From Gemmatimonadales bacterium (GTDB lineage Bacteria > Gemmatimonadota > Gemmatimonadetes > Gemmatimonadales > Gemmatimonadaceae), in assembly GCA_038323865.1 (NCBI GenBank), contig JBBQHJ010000003.1, positions 1,385-65,384 of the forward strand: a stretch of 64,000 bases of DNA. Direction: 5' to 3'. Both the position numbers and the translations under genes were made by a program. Numbering within the stretch: position 1 is the first letter of the stretch; every line of letters begins with the position of its first letter. Positions 46,835 to 55,655 of this stretch are shown here, piece by piece. A model generated the notes under the pieces. That model was not told where the DNA came from, did not search any database, and was given only the letters and a program-made list of their open reading frames with translations.

Positions 46835-47619
46835 ATGCCTCTCGTTTTCTTTTTCGAACCGAACATCGAGGTAGAGCAGGTTCGCGAACACGGCCAGTTC
46901 TTCACCGCTTAGGTGGGCCCGAATGCAATTGTGGTGTTGCGCGATGGCGAGCAGTTGCGCGGCTTCTAAAACGTCTGTCTGCATCGCGCCGGGCCGGTCG
47001 CACAGGGCTGTGGCAAGCGCAACACATTGCAGTGTCGCGATCACGGATGGGCCAATGGTCTCGACGGTACGCGGATCCGCGCGCGGGAGGTTGGTTTTCG
47101 CGAATCTCGACGGTAAAGCGCCGCCGCTAAACGAGGTGCTCGAAGACATCCCGCAGCGCGTTGCGCCATTCCACGGCGAGGCGATGCAGTTCGTCACGAC
47201 GAAGTCGTGGGACCTCGCATGCAACCCGTTACGAGCAATGCATGGAGGCAATGCCGAGACCAGGAGGTATGATCCCGCGAAGACCGCCGTGCCCGAAGCG
47301 CTCTACGTCTGGCTCTTTCCGAACATGATGCTCAACATCTACCTCGGGCAGATGCAGACGAACCTCGTTGTTCCGCAAGCACACGACCGGTGTCGAGTGA
47401 TCTTCGACTGGTACGCGTCAACACCACCGAGTGATCTCGAAGCGGATGCGGACTGGACGAAGTTGATGGCATGCAGAGATTCGGGCGGAAGACATCAAGA
47501 TCTGCGAGATTGTCCAGCGAAATCTTCGCTCGCGGATCTACGATCGTGGCCGTTATTCGGCCGCGCGCGGGAATGGGGTGCACCACTTCCACTCGCTGCT
47601 ACACGAGTTCCTCACCTGA
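46835..47619 (+). pseudogene. Rieske [2Fe-2S] non-haem-iron oxygenase alpha subunit, heavily decayed
   Basis: In the frame from ATG 46835: ...VVLRDGEQLRGF*NVCLHRAGPVAQGCGKRNTLQCRDHGW (C-x-H-x16-C-x2-H), with in-frame TAG 46910-12 and TAA 46967-69. The frame changes near 47060-47075 and 47466-47485. The C-terminus EDIKICEIVQRNLRSRIYDRGRYSAARGNGVHHFHSLLHEFLT ends at TGA 47617-19. Total length is far below that of intact homologues. Confidence 0.75.
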
Positions 47620-47634
47620 ACCAAAGAGGACCGC

Positions 47635-48084
47635 ATGTTTTCTGATTTCAAGGCGTTTGTACTGCGTGGCAACGTGATGGACCTAGCCGTCGGCGTGATC
47701 ATCGGCGCAGCGTTCGGCAACGTAGTCAAGTCGCTTGTGGATGATGTCATCATGCCGCCGATCGGCCTCCTGACGGGCGGCACCGACTTTAATAGTCACT
47801 ATGTGCTTCTAAAAGACGGCGCGAAGGCGCCGGCGCCGTACGCGACGCTTGCCGCAGCGAAAGATGCCGGCGCGGTGACGCTCAACTACGGCTCGTTCCT
47901 CGGCACCATTCTCACCTTTCTCATCGTCGCGGCGGCCATCTTCATGCTCATCAAGATGGTGAACAAGATGTACGCCAAGCCCGCTCCGGCCACGCCAGAC
48001 ACCAAGCCCTGCCCACAATGCACGCTGTCCATTCCACTCAAGGCATCGCGCTGCCCGAACTGCACCGCACAGATCGCGGCGTAA
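47635..48084 (+). CDS. mscL: Large-conductance mechanosensitive channel with a C-terminal CxxC...CxxC tail
   Basis: MFSDFKAFVLRGNVMDLAVGVIIGAAFGNVVKSLVDDVIMPPIG is canonical MscL. The tail is CPQCTLSIPLKASRCPNC. Confidence 0.92.
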   Translation: MFSDFKAFVLRGNVMDLAVGVIIGAAFGNVVKSLVDDVIMPPIGLLTGGTDFNSHYVLLKDGAKAPAPYATLAAAKDAGAVTLNYGSFLGTILTFLIVAAAIFMLIKMVNKMYAKPAPATPDTKPCPQCTLSIPLKASRCPNCTAQIAA

Positions 48085-48237
48085 TGGCATGAGTCGTTGC
48101 AGCTGCTGGTTATTTATGGTGTTGGCAATGAGCGCGCGGTTGCTGGAAGCGCAGGCACCGCGCGTAGGTTTGGGACGTTCCAGCTTGATGCCATAATCGG
48201 GGGAGCGATGGAGCGGATTCGGTAAAAGCGGAGGTAC

Positions 48238-48315
48238 GGTGTCCCTCGCTCCGCTCAGGACGACAACGCCAGCAGATCCCTCGCTCCGCTCAGGATGACA
48301 GCCTTCAGGATGACA
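48238..48315 (+). repeat. Repeat family locus R4: two type-2 units (35-bp period) plus a partial third
   Basis: The core CCCTCGCTCCGCTCAGGA(C/T)GACA starts at 48243 and 48278. A partial unit GCCTTCAGGATGACA lies at 48301-48315 and overlaps the 3' end of the minus-strand peptidase gene. Confidence 0.9.
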
Positions 48316-49066
48316 AGCAGGCGCGCGCGCCGCCCTTGTAGCCCTGTGTGAAGTTCTCGAGGCGCTGCTCGCGTGTACCGTGACCGAGATACTGTGCGCG
48401 CATAGCGATCATGCGATCGATGCGACGGTTGCCGGTGAATTGTGGTGTGGGATCACCTGCCGCGGCGAGACCGAAGAATGCTTCGTCGAGATCGCCCTTC
48501 TCGAGTGAGCCATCTTTCTCGGAGACCTGCGCGAACACGCCGGCAAAACAATCCGCGATGGCCTCGTTCTCGTAGGGAATATTCGACGTAGCGCCAAGCT
48601 GCATGGCAGCGGCGTGTCCCATCTCGTGCGCAATGATGCCGACAGCAGCCATATCGCCATCAGTGCCGAGCGACTGCGCGGCGGCTTTAGCTTGTTTGGC
48701 GACGAAGATGTCGTCGAAGTAGATGGCGTTGCGCTGTGGACAGTAGAGCGCGTTGTTGGCGGGCATGGCGCCACATGCTGTCATGATGCTACCGCGATAG
48801 CGCAGAATTGCCGGTGCGGAAAAGTGCTGGCCGGCCAGCTCGAAGCTCCTGCTCCACATGGCGACGAGCGCACCGTACGCGTCCTTCACCTTGGCGTTGG
48901 ACGCAGTGACATCGGCCTCCGTCACGTCGGGCGTAGGCGGTCCCTGCATGGCAAATGCGGCCGATGCAGAAAGAGTGCTGATGCCGAGTGCGAGGGCTGC
49001 AGCGCGGAGCGAGCGGGAAATACCGATTCCGCGCTGATGCTCGGAACGACAAGAAGAGTGGCTCAT
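48305..49066 (-). CDS. Secreted neutral zinc metallopeptidase (YpfJ-like)
   Basis: HEMGH zinc motif, YCPQRNAIYFDDIF, and a signal peptide ending SASAAFA. ATG 49066 is preceded by AGGAGG. Confidence 0.75.
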   Translation of the reverse strand: MSHSSCRSEHQRGIGISRSLRAAALALGISTLSASAAFAMQGPPTPDVTEADVTASNAKVKDAYGALVAMWSRSFELAGQHFSAPAILRYRGSIMTACGAMPANNALYCPQRNAIYFDDIFVAKQAKAAAQSLGTDGDMAAVGIIAHEMGHAAAMQLGATSNIPYENEAIADCFAGVFAQVSEKDGSLEKGDLDEAFFGLAAAGDPTPQFTGNRRIDRMIAMRAQYLGHGTREQRLENFTQGYKGGARACLSS

Positions 49067-49071
49067 GGCAA

Positions 49072-49106
49072 ATGTCCTCCTGGTGTCTGATACACCGGGA
49101 GGACAT
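49072..49106 (-). promoter_or_regulatory. 15-bp hairpin enclosing the Shine-Dalgarno sequence of the metallopeptidase gene
   Basis: Plus-strand ATGTCCTCCTGGTGT (49072-49086) pairs with ACACCGGGAGGACAT (49092-49106), with one G-U. On the mRNA the AGGAGG SD lies in the 3' arm, 8 nt upstream of the ATG. Confidence 0.5.
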
Positions 49107-49116
49107 CTGCGTTTCA

Positions 49117-49746
49117 CTAATCGGTGAAGCCGTAATGCTGCGGATCGCTACCGACCTTAGCGGCGGCGATGAGTTTCGGAGCGTAGTCCTGCGTCTCTCG
49201 TGGAAGTAAAGAGAGAATTCGGAAAAAACCTTCGTCGGTTCCTGTCGTCTTACCGGTCACCTTGCGAAGTGCCTTGGAAACCGTGCCTGCGCCGGAGTTG
49301 TACGCGGCCGCGGCGAGATACCAGGAGCCGAAGCGATCGTGCAGTTGCGTGAGGTATGTGAGTGCCGCCTCTGTTGCTTCGACGGGATCCTTTCGTTCAT
49401 TGGTGCGTCCTTTCACGCGCAGGCCAAACGAGCGCGCCGTGCTGCTCATGAACTGCCACATCCCAACGGCGCCGACCTTCGACTTCGCGGACGGATTGAA
49501 GTTCGATTCGATCATCGCGAGGAAGATGAGCTCGCGAGCCATGTCACGCGCGTCGAGCTTCTGGTTGACGACGGCGACCGAGCCGGTATCACGTGCCGCG
49601 GAAGTACTGTCGAGTTCGCTGGATGCGGAGCTCAGGCTGCTGGAATGCGAAGCTAAGAACCTTGTATGGTCGATTCCGGCTACGAGCGTGGAAAGACCCA
49701 TTGTGACCGCGAGAGCAGGAAACACCACTCGCGACCGGAGCCTCAC
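49117..49746 (-). CDS. Lytic transglycosylase (SLT domain)
   Basis: Catalytic ESNFNPSAKSKVGAVGMWQFM and AYNSGAG motifs. Confidence 0.85.
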   Translation of the reverse strand: MRLRSRVVFPALAVTMGLSTLVAGIDHTRFLASHSSSLSSASSELDSTSAARDTGSVAVVNQKLDARDMARELIFLAMIESNFNPSAKSKVGAVGMWQFMSSTARSFGLRVKGRTNERKDPVEATEAALTYLTQLHDRFGSWYLAAAAYNSGAGTVSKALRKVTGKTTGTDEGFFRILSLLPRETQDYAPKLIAAAKVGSDPQHYGFTD

Positions 49747-49867
49747 GATCGGCTGCTTAAAGGCAGGACTGTGTGCTCCCCTATCTATATGTCCTGATTG
49801 AACTTAGCCAGTCAGGAGCAAACATGCAGGCATGCATTCATGGGCAGAGGCCCCACCAATCCGCTAG

Positions 49868-49903
49868 CGAAAAAGGGCCGATCCGCGGTTGCGAATCGAC
49901 CCT
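49868..49903 (-). terminator. Rho-independent terminator of the KPAA-repeat protein gene
   Basis: Minus-strand GGGTCGAT...ATCGGCCC stem (one mismatch) followed by TTTTT, immediately after the stop at 49908. Confidence 0.55.
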
Positions 49904-49907
49904 TTGA

Positions 49908-50309
49908 CTAGCGCTTCTTGGCTGCCTTTTTCGCCGGAGCTTTCTTGGCGGCTGCCTTCTTTGCCGCGGGCTTTGGCGCTGGTTTCGCCGCTGGCTTCGC
50001 AGCCACCTTCGCTACCGGTTTGCTCTCCGGCTTGGGTTCCGGCTTTGGAGGAGCCGGCTTTGGCGGAGGTGGTGGAGGAATGACAACGTCGACGATTTCC
50101 TCGGCGTTTTCATCGTGATGATCAAGGTCGTCGTCCTCGTCGGCCACCGCGACTTTCGCGGCCACCTTGGGGGGACGGCCCTTACGCTTCATCGCTGCCC
50201 GGGCCATCTCGGCGTCGAATTGTTCCTTGGCCTCGCGCATGAGCTGCAGGTAGGCCGGATCTTCGTTTCGTCTCTTTCTAAGCATGCAGGGGTCGTAAGC
50301 AAAGAACAT
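49908..50309 (-). CDS. Histone H1/AlgP-like lysine-alanine-proline repeat protein
   Basis: 133-aa ORF with an acidic patch (DEDDDLDHHDENAEE), a poly-Pro run, then KPAAKPAPKPAAKKAAAKKAPAKKAAKKR. The start may be the internal MLRKRR. Confidence 0.6.
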   Translation of the reverse strand: MFFAYDPCMLRKRRNEDPAYLQLMREAKEQFDAEMARAAMKRKGRPPKVAAKVAVADEDDDLDHHDENAEEIVDVVIPPPPPPKPAPPKPEPKPESKPVAKVAAKPAAKPAPKPAAKKAAAKKAPAKKAAKKR

Positions 50310-50333
50310 GCGGTGGATGCAACGGGCCCACGG

Positions 50334-52499
50334 CTAGAACTCCTGACCGAGCCCAACGGCGAACTTCCAGGGTGCAGCGCGATCCACCGCACGAGCGACA
50401 CCCAGGTGAAGATTACCTCCGAACAAAGTTAGTCCGCCACCAACAGTTCCGCGGACGCCATTCGTTTGCAGCGGACGTGGTAGGGCATTGAGCGCTGCGG
50501 CCGCATTCACTGCGGCGCTTGACGTCAACTCACTCCAGCCGCCGGTGACACCTATTGCAACACCCGGTGCGAGACCGGGAACATAGAAATTTCTGAACAC
50601 ATGCCGCGGTGTTCGCCACAGTGGAAGCGTGTAACTGGCATAGCTGCGAAACAACGCGGCACGATTTCCAACGAACTGCTTGTAGTGGTATCCGAACAGC
50701 GAGCCAGTTCCGCCGAGCTCGTAGAGATATTGCGGGGGAATTTGCGCGCCACCAACGGTACCACCATCGGCGTGAAAAGCTACCGTGATCGGCCCAACAT
50801 ATTGCCGGGCACTTACCGACGCTTCGGCCCGCCGCCACGCGAGTTGGCCCTCCGCTGCCTCAAGGAGGAGGCGCCCGCCGACGCCTGGGTGCACGAAATC
50901 ACCGGAAACGCTGGGGTGCCACTCGCCCATGAGCGCCGCCACGCGATAGCTCCCGCTTTCCGCCGAGCGATTGGCGCGAAAGGGGGTGCTTCCGATGATG
51001 CCGCGTGTGAGCCGTGCGACCTCATTCTCATCACGCCCGAGGCCGAGCTGGAGTGTGACGAGACCCTCGCTCGCTCCAGAGAAGCGAGTGGCCGACACGA
51101 AAGCTCGGCGGCGCTCGACGTAGTCGAAATCGTCGACTGAACCAAGGAACGCCCCGAGTCCACCACTCGATGGCTCCAGCGGGCGGAGAAAATCATTGGT
51201 GGTGACGAGACGTCGCTCCCCAGCGAGTGTGAATCCCCAGCCATTTCGCTGACGCGAGACGTACGCACCACCGCGCACGACGCGCTCCGTCCACGCCCAG
51301 CCGGCATTGGCGCCGAGGGTGACACCGGGCGCTGCGTCGCGCAGGTGGAGCGTGCCTTCCAAGCCAGTGAAAAGCCCACCGATCCGGTCAAAGCCAACCA
51401 GGTGACCGGTCTGCGCGGGACTAAAGTCGAAGCGAGGTGCGCCGGTGGGACGCCAGATGTCAGGTGCGATGTCGTCGAAGTCGCCGGCGGAAGCGCTCGA
51501 TGTGATTGTGCCGAGTGAACTGCGCCACGCATTGAACTGTGCGATGCTGTCGGTCGGCGCCCAGGTGGTGACATGCGCAATTCGATGTTGATCTGCGACA
51601 GGCAGGCTGCTGTCGGTGACCTCGAAGTCCGAGAATTCAGAGAGCACTCGCATCACGGCGCGTGTACGTCCGAGCAATGAGACGGAGGCTTGGAATTCCG
51701 TACGTTGCGACGCAGGCAGCCAATAGCGGCCATCGATTTCGGCGTTCACGAAATCGCTGTAGGCGATGCCGACGACACCGGCCACGCGAGCGGCGAGTGA
51801 CCGCTTTAGATCGGCATTGTGCACCACGAACTGTCCGCGCATGCGCACGATCTGACCACGCTCGGCGTCGAGTTGAATGTCGCCATCGAAGGCAGCAACT
51901 CGCGCGCTATCAGGAAGACGTGATTCAACGTGAATGCGAACGATCGTGATTGTTCGACGTACGGTGTGGAGAACACCGACCGTGTCACCACCACTGAAGC
52001 GATAGTAGCGCTCTCGGTCGGCGGCGAATGGATGCACGGCAATGACGGGATCTCCTCCGCGTGGTTGCGAGTCGGCGGAGGCGGGACCAATGACGCCCAA
52101 GCGCAGGCGTTCACCGTAGAGCGATGGGACCGTCCATCCCGTGATGAACGACAGTGCCGAATACGGAACGCCGACGCCCTGAGAGCGATAGCCGACGACA
52201 TGCACTTCGTAGTCAGCGCCGCGCACCCAGCTTGCCTGGGATGCGAACTGCTCGATCTGTGCGGCGTTCTCGCGACCGAGAGTGTCGCGAATCATCAGCG
52301 AGAGCTCAGATTCGACGTGCGCCTTGTATGCGCTGAATGACGGCGGTGGTGCGTGATTCTCTGTGGCGGCACGTGCGACGAGCGCACGCACCGCCGAGGA
52401 GGAGTATATGGAATCAGTCGCGACGGCGAGTTGTGCGCACAGCAGGAGTGACAGGATCACTTTCCGTTCCGAAACGATCGACCGCCGTGACACGCGCAT
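50334..52499 (-). CDS. Outer-membrane beta-barrel protein (Omp85/surface-antigen-like C-terminus)
   Basis: 721 aa with a signal-like N-terminus, alternating beta-strand pattern, and a terminal ...FAVGLGQEF (aromatic C-terminal residue). Confidence 0.55.
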   Translation of the reverse strand: MRVSRRSIVSERKVILSLLLCAQLAVATDSIYSSSAVRALVARAATENHAPPPSFSAYKAHVESELSLMIRDTLGRENAAQIEQFASQASWVRGADYEVHVVGYRSQGVGVPYSALSFITGWTVPSLYGERLRLGVIGPASADSQPRGGDPVIAVHPFAADRERYYRFSGGDTVGVLHTVRRTITIVRIHVESRLPDSARVAAFDGDIQLDAERGQIVRMRGQFVVHNADLKRSLAARVAGVVGIAYSDFVNAEIDGRYWLPASQRTEFQASVSLLGRTRAVMRVLSEFSDFEVTDSSLPVADQHRIAHVTTWAPTDSIAQFNAWRSSLGTITSSASAGDFDDIAPDIWRPTGAPRFDFSPAQTGHLVGFDRIGGLFTGLEGTLHLRDAAPGVTLGANAGWAWTERVVRGGAYVSRQRNGWGFTLAGERRLVTTNDFLRPLEPSSGGLGAFLGSVDDFDYVERRRAFVSATRFSGASEGLVTLQLGLGRDENEVARLTRGIIGSTPFRANRSAESGSYRVAALMGEWHPSVSGDFVHPGVGGRLLLEAAEGQLAWRRAEASVSARQYVGPITVAFHADGGTVGGAQIPPQYLYELGGTGSLFGYHYKQFVGNRAALFRSYASYTLPLWRTPRHVFRNFYVPGLAPGVAIGVTGGWSELTSSAAVNAAAALNALPRPLQTNGVRGTVGGGLTLFGGNLHLGVARAVDRAAPWKFAVGLGQEF

Positions 52500-53988
52500 G
52501 CAGCGTGTCGTTGCACGAGGGCGCGACTATGAGCTGGCTTTGTGCGGCGGGAAGAATCTGTGTTTTCCACTCGCCGCCTGAATTCACCTGGACGGCGAGC
52601 CACCTTGCGGCCTTCGCACCGGAAACGTGAAGCATGCACTCGCCCGTTGATGAATCGGGTGCGAGCGAGGCCTTCGGTGTTACGGGGCGTTTCTTCGAGA
52701 GCCACGGTGAGGCGGGAATGAGAGCCGGGGTGGAATAGAGCTCGGTGTACAGTCGCTGAGATAGCGCCGCGGCTGCCGCTTCGCGCGGAGGCTGCGTTGC
52801 CACGCCAACGAGCACGGAATCGCGCCGAGCGCCGCCAAAGGGCATGAGCGTGCGCATGCTGAAGTGGATGTCGCCCGTGGCTTTCGATGCGCGCGTTGCC
52901 CGAATCTGATTGTTGAGCTCATCCGGCGCCCAGTTGGTTCCACCGGTTGCCGCGCGACTGTCGTTGTGTCCGGGCCAGATGTGCCGGCCGTGAGCATTCT
53001 CGCTGAGCCACCAGTCGAGGAGGACCGGATAGCTCTGCGGGATTTGTCCGATGGGCCAATAGAGCTGCGGCGTGAAGTAATCGATCCAACCTTCGCGGAG
53101 CCATTTGCGGGAGTCGCCGTACAGCTTGTCGTACGAATCAAAGCCCTTGATTGATTCCGGAAATCCCGGGCGCCAGATGCCGAATGGACTGACGCCAACC
53201 TTCACCCATGGCTTGATGGCCTTGGTGCGAACGTAGATCTGCTGAATGAGCGTGTCGACGCTATGGCGTCGCCAGTCGTCGCGACCGAGCTTGCCGCCGC
53301 GCTTCTGGTAGGCGGCGTACGACGCAGTATCGGGGAATGGAATCGGCTGATTGTCGCTGCCGTTTTCTGGATAGGGGTAGAAGTAGTCGTCGATGTGGAT
53401 GCCGTCGACGTCGTAGCGCTTCACGACATCGAGCATGACGCGGAGCGTTTGCGCGATGACCTTCGGCTCGCCCGGGTCCATCCACTCGTAGTGGCCGTAT
53501 GTACGGACGAGCTCCGGGTGTGCAAGGCTGATGGCGTTGGACGCGTGCACGGACTTGGAGCTGGGGTGCCTGGCGCGATACGGATTGAACCACGCGTGCA
53601 GCTCGAGTCCGCGCTTGTGTGCTTCGTTGACAGCGAATGTGAGTGGGTCGTAGTACGGTTCAGGCGCGCGGCCTTCGCGTCCGGTGAGGAACTCGGACCA
53701 CGGCTCGAACGGTGAGTCGTACAAGGCGTCCGCGGCGGGGCGGACCTGCAAGAGAATCGCGTTGAGGTTGAGCTCAACGGCGCGATCGAGAATGGCGATC
53801 AGCTCCGACTGCTGTTGCCATGACGACAGTGCGGGCTTTGATGGCCAGTCGATGTTGGCGACACTGGCGACCCACGCACCACGGAACTCACGCGCGATAG
53901 GCGGCGGTGTTGTGCTGGCGTGTTGCGCGGTGGCGGCGCTGATGGCCAGGAACGAGAGAAGCGCGGCGCAGGAGAGGAGTTTCGTCAC
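52414..53988 (-). CDS. Glycoside hydrolase-like family 10 (GHL10/DUF187) lipoprotein or secreted protein
   Basis: EFRGAWVASVANIDWPS..., ELHAWFNPY..., and DGIHIDDYFYP motifs. Confidence 0.75.
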   Translation of the reverse strand: MTKLLSCAALLSFLAISAATAQHASTTPPPIAREFRGAWVASVANIDWPSKPALSSWQQQSELIAILDRAVELNLNAILLQVRPAADALYDSPFEPWSEFLTGREGRAPEPYYDPLTFAVNEAHKRGLELHAWFNPYRARHPSSKSVHASNAISLAHPELVRTYGHYEWMDPGEPKVIAQTLRVMLDVVKRYDVDGIHIDDYFYPYPENGSDNQPIPFPDTASYAAYQKRGGKLGRDDWRRHSVDTLIQQIYVRTKAIKPWVKVGVSPFGIWRPGFPESIKGFDSYDKLYGDSRKWLREGWIDYFTPQLYWPIGQIPQSYPVLLDWWLSENAHGRHIWPGHNDSRAATGGTNWAPDELNNQIRATRASKATGDIHFSMRTLMPFGGARRDSVLVGVATQPPREAAAAALSQRLYTELYSTPALIPASPWLSKKRPVTPKASLAPDSSTGECMLHVSGAKAARWLAVQVNSGGEWKTQILPAAQSQLIVAPSCNDTLHARVTAVDRFGTESDPVTPAVRTTRRRD

Positions 53989-54008
53989 GCCACCAAACTA
54001 GCAGCGAA

Positions 54009-55118
54009 CTACCTCGATGCCAGTTTCGAATCGCGTCCGGCGTTCTGCTCGAGGATGAGCGCTTCCTGAGCGACCCACAATTTCACCATGTCCGGCGAGA
54101 CAGCAGCCGTGCCAATTGACGTGGCCTGCGGCCCCGCGATGAGACCCGCCGTGCAATTGCGTCCGTTCCGCTTGGCGACGTACGTGGCCTGGTCCGCGAG
54201 CGAGATGGTGTGATGCCACGACTCGTTGCCCGCTTCGCCGACGCGAAAGGGGTACGAGGCATAGCCGACCGAACACGTGATATGCAGCGGCGCGCGACCC
54301 TCGACTTGAATCGCACATGTTTCAATGCGACGACGGATTCGCTCGGCGTGTGCGGGCGCGAGGGCGCGGTCGGTAAAGCGACCGACAACGAGAAATTCTT
54401 CACCGCCCCAGCGGCAGACGACATCGGACTGGCGACATACCTCTTCGAGTGCCTTGACGACTTGCTTCAGCACTTCGTCGCCGACCATGTGTCCGTGTTG
54501 ATCGTTGACTTCCTTGAAGTGATCGAGATCAAACAACATGAAGACGAGATCAGAATCTTCGGCGCGTTCACCGCGACTCGCGGCTCGCGTATGACGACGC
54601 GAGCAGACGGCCATATCGGCGACGATGGTCTGCTCGAGATAGCGCCGGTTCTTCGCGCCAGTGAGCGGATCGGTGATGCCCCACTGGCGTGCGGAGCGTG
54701 TTTCTTCCGTGCGCTTCCAATAGAGGAACACACCGACAAGGATGGCGAGCAGCGCGGCGGCGATGGCGAGGTTGCGCTGGTTGGAGCGCTTGTCGTTGCG
54801 CAGGTCCTGCTCGGCTTGCTGACGCGCATCGTGCTCGGCGTCGCGGTTCCGGCGTTCCTCCAGCAGTCGTGCCTCGAGCTCGGTGATGCGGCTCGCGGTC
54901 ATGACGTGGTAGATGGAGTCGCGCGTTTCCTTGCCGCGCAGCACGGTTGGAAGCTGCGGTGATGGCAGCTCCACGCGAGGCTGCTGCGGGGTCTGTGCGT
55001 ACACGAGGCCACCGTGCGCCAGGAAGCAAAGCGCGGCGGCGAGTGTACAAACGCGAGGGGGGAGTGACCACTTCGTCACATGGCAGTGACGACCACGTGC
55101 GTAGCGCGCAACTGGCAC
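54009..55118 (-). CDS. Membrane-anchored diguanylate cyclase (GGDEF)
   Basis: DLDHFKEVNDQHGHMVGD and the active site RWGGEEF. Coiled-coil and TM region at the N-terminus. Confidence 0.85.
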   Translation of the reverse strand: MPVARYARGRHCHVTKWSLPPRVCTLAAALCFLAHGGLVYAQTPQQPRVELPSPQLPTVLRGKETRDSIYHVMTASRITELEARLLEERRNRDAEHDARQQAEQDLRNDKRSNQRNLAIAAALLAILVGVFLYWKRTEETRSARQWGITDPLTGAKNRRYLEQTIVADMAVCSRRHTRAASRGERAEDSDLVFMLFDLDHFKEVNDQHGHMVGDEVLKQVVKALEEVCRQSDVVCRWGGEEFLVVGRFTDRALAPAHAERIRRRIETCAIQVEGRAPLHITCSVGYASYPFRVGEAGNESWHHTISLADQATYVAKRNGRNCTAGLIAGPQATSIGTAAVSPDMVKLWVAQEALILEQNAGRDSKLASR

Positions 55119-55167
55119 TGTGACTGCGTGAGAGGCTCGTCCCTGTCATCTCAAATCGAAACAGCAG

Positions 55168-55548
55168 ATGAAAACGCTCCGACTGGCACTTGTTGCACTT
55201 ACACTCATCACCACCTCGCAGGCGTGCCGCAGTGGTACGTCGTTCGACGAAGACATGGCCGCTGACAGCAAGGTCCATCTCATAGTGAAGAACGAGTCCA
55301 TCAGCGAAATGGACATCTACGCCGTGGCGAACGGTGTGGCGACGCGTGTGGGGTCCGTGTCTGGGCTGGCGACGAAAGGGTTTTCAATCGACCAGTCGTT
55401 CTTCCAGGCGTCGGACACGCGAATCGTTGGAGCCCCATTCGGTGGAAATGGTCGTGCGTCGACGGGGCCGATCCTGGCGAGCCGAGGGCAGACGATTGAA
55501 TTCACGATCAAGACGGTGCTGCGAACGAGTACGGTAAATGTGCACTGA
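55168..55548 (+). CDS. Hypothetical lipoprotein
   Basis: MKTLRLALVALTLITTSQAC has a lipobox. 126 aa with no recognisable domain. Confidence 0.55.
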   Translation: MKTLRLALVALTLITTSQACRSGTSFDEDMAADSKVHLIVKNESISEMDIYAVANGVATRVGSVSGLATKGFSIDQSFFQASDTRIVGAPFGGNGRASTGPILASRGQTIEFTIKTVLRTSTVNVH

Positions 55549-55655
55549 ACGGCGTTTCAGCGCGGCGTCCGCGACGTTCCGTCTCGTATTGTTCTGCTTG
55601 CTGGGGCGTGGTCGTAGAGCCATTCTCAGTGTGAAGCCTTTACCGGAAGAAAATC

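Noticed and set aside
46793-47645. Track ORFs 46793-47251(-) and 46923-47645(+), which look like candidate genes.
   Set aside because: Both are by-products of the decayed Rieske oxygenase gene. The real homology jumps between plus-strand frames and includes in-frame stops.
48090-48197. A 35-codon ORF MSRCSCWLFMVLAMSARLLEAQAPRVGLGRSSLMP that looks like an orphan signal peptide.
   Set aside because: It is too short to support as a gene. It may be the remnant of a secreted-protein gene truncated next to repeat array R4, but this is untestable from the sequence alone.
52414-52499. An 86-nt same-strand overlap between the GHL10 gene's 3' end and the OMP gene's 5' end.
   Set aside because: Most likely the OMP start is over-extended; an in-frame GTG lies further downstream within the overlap. 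This is not evidence of programmed overlap.
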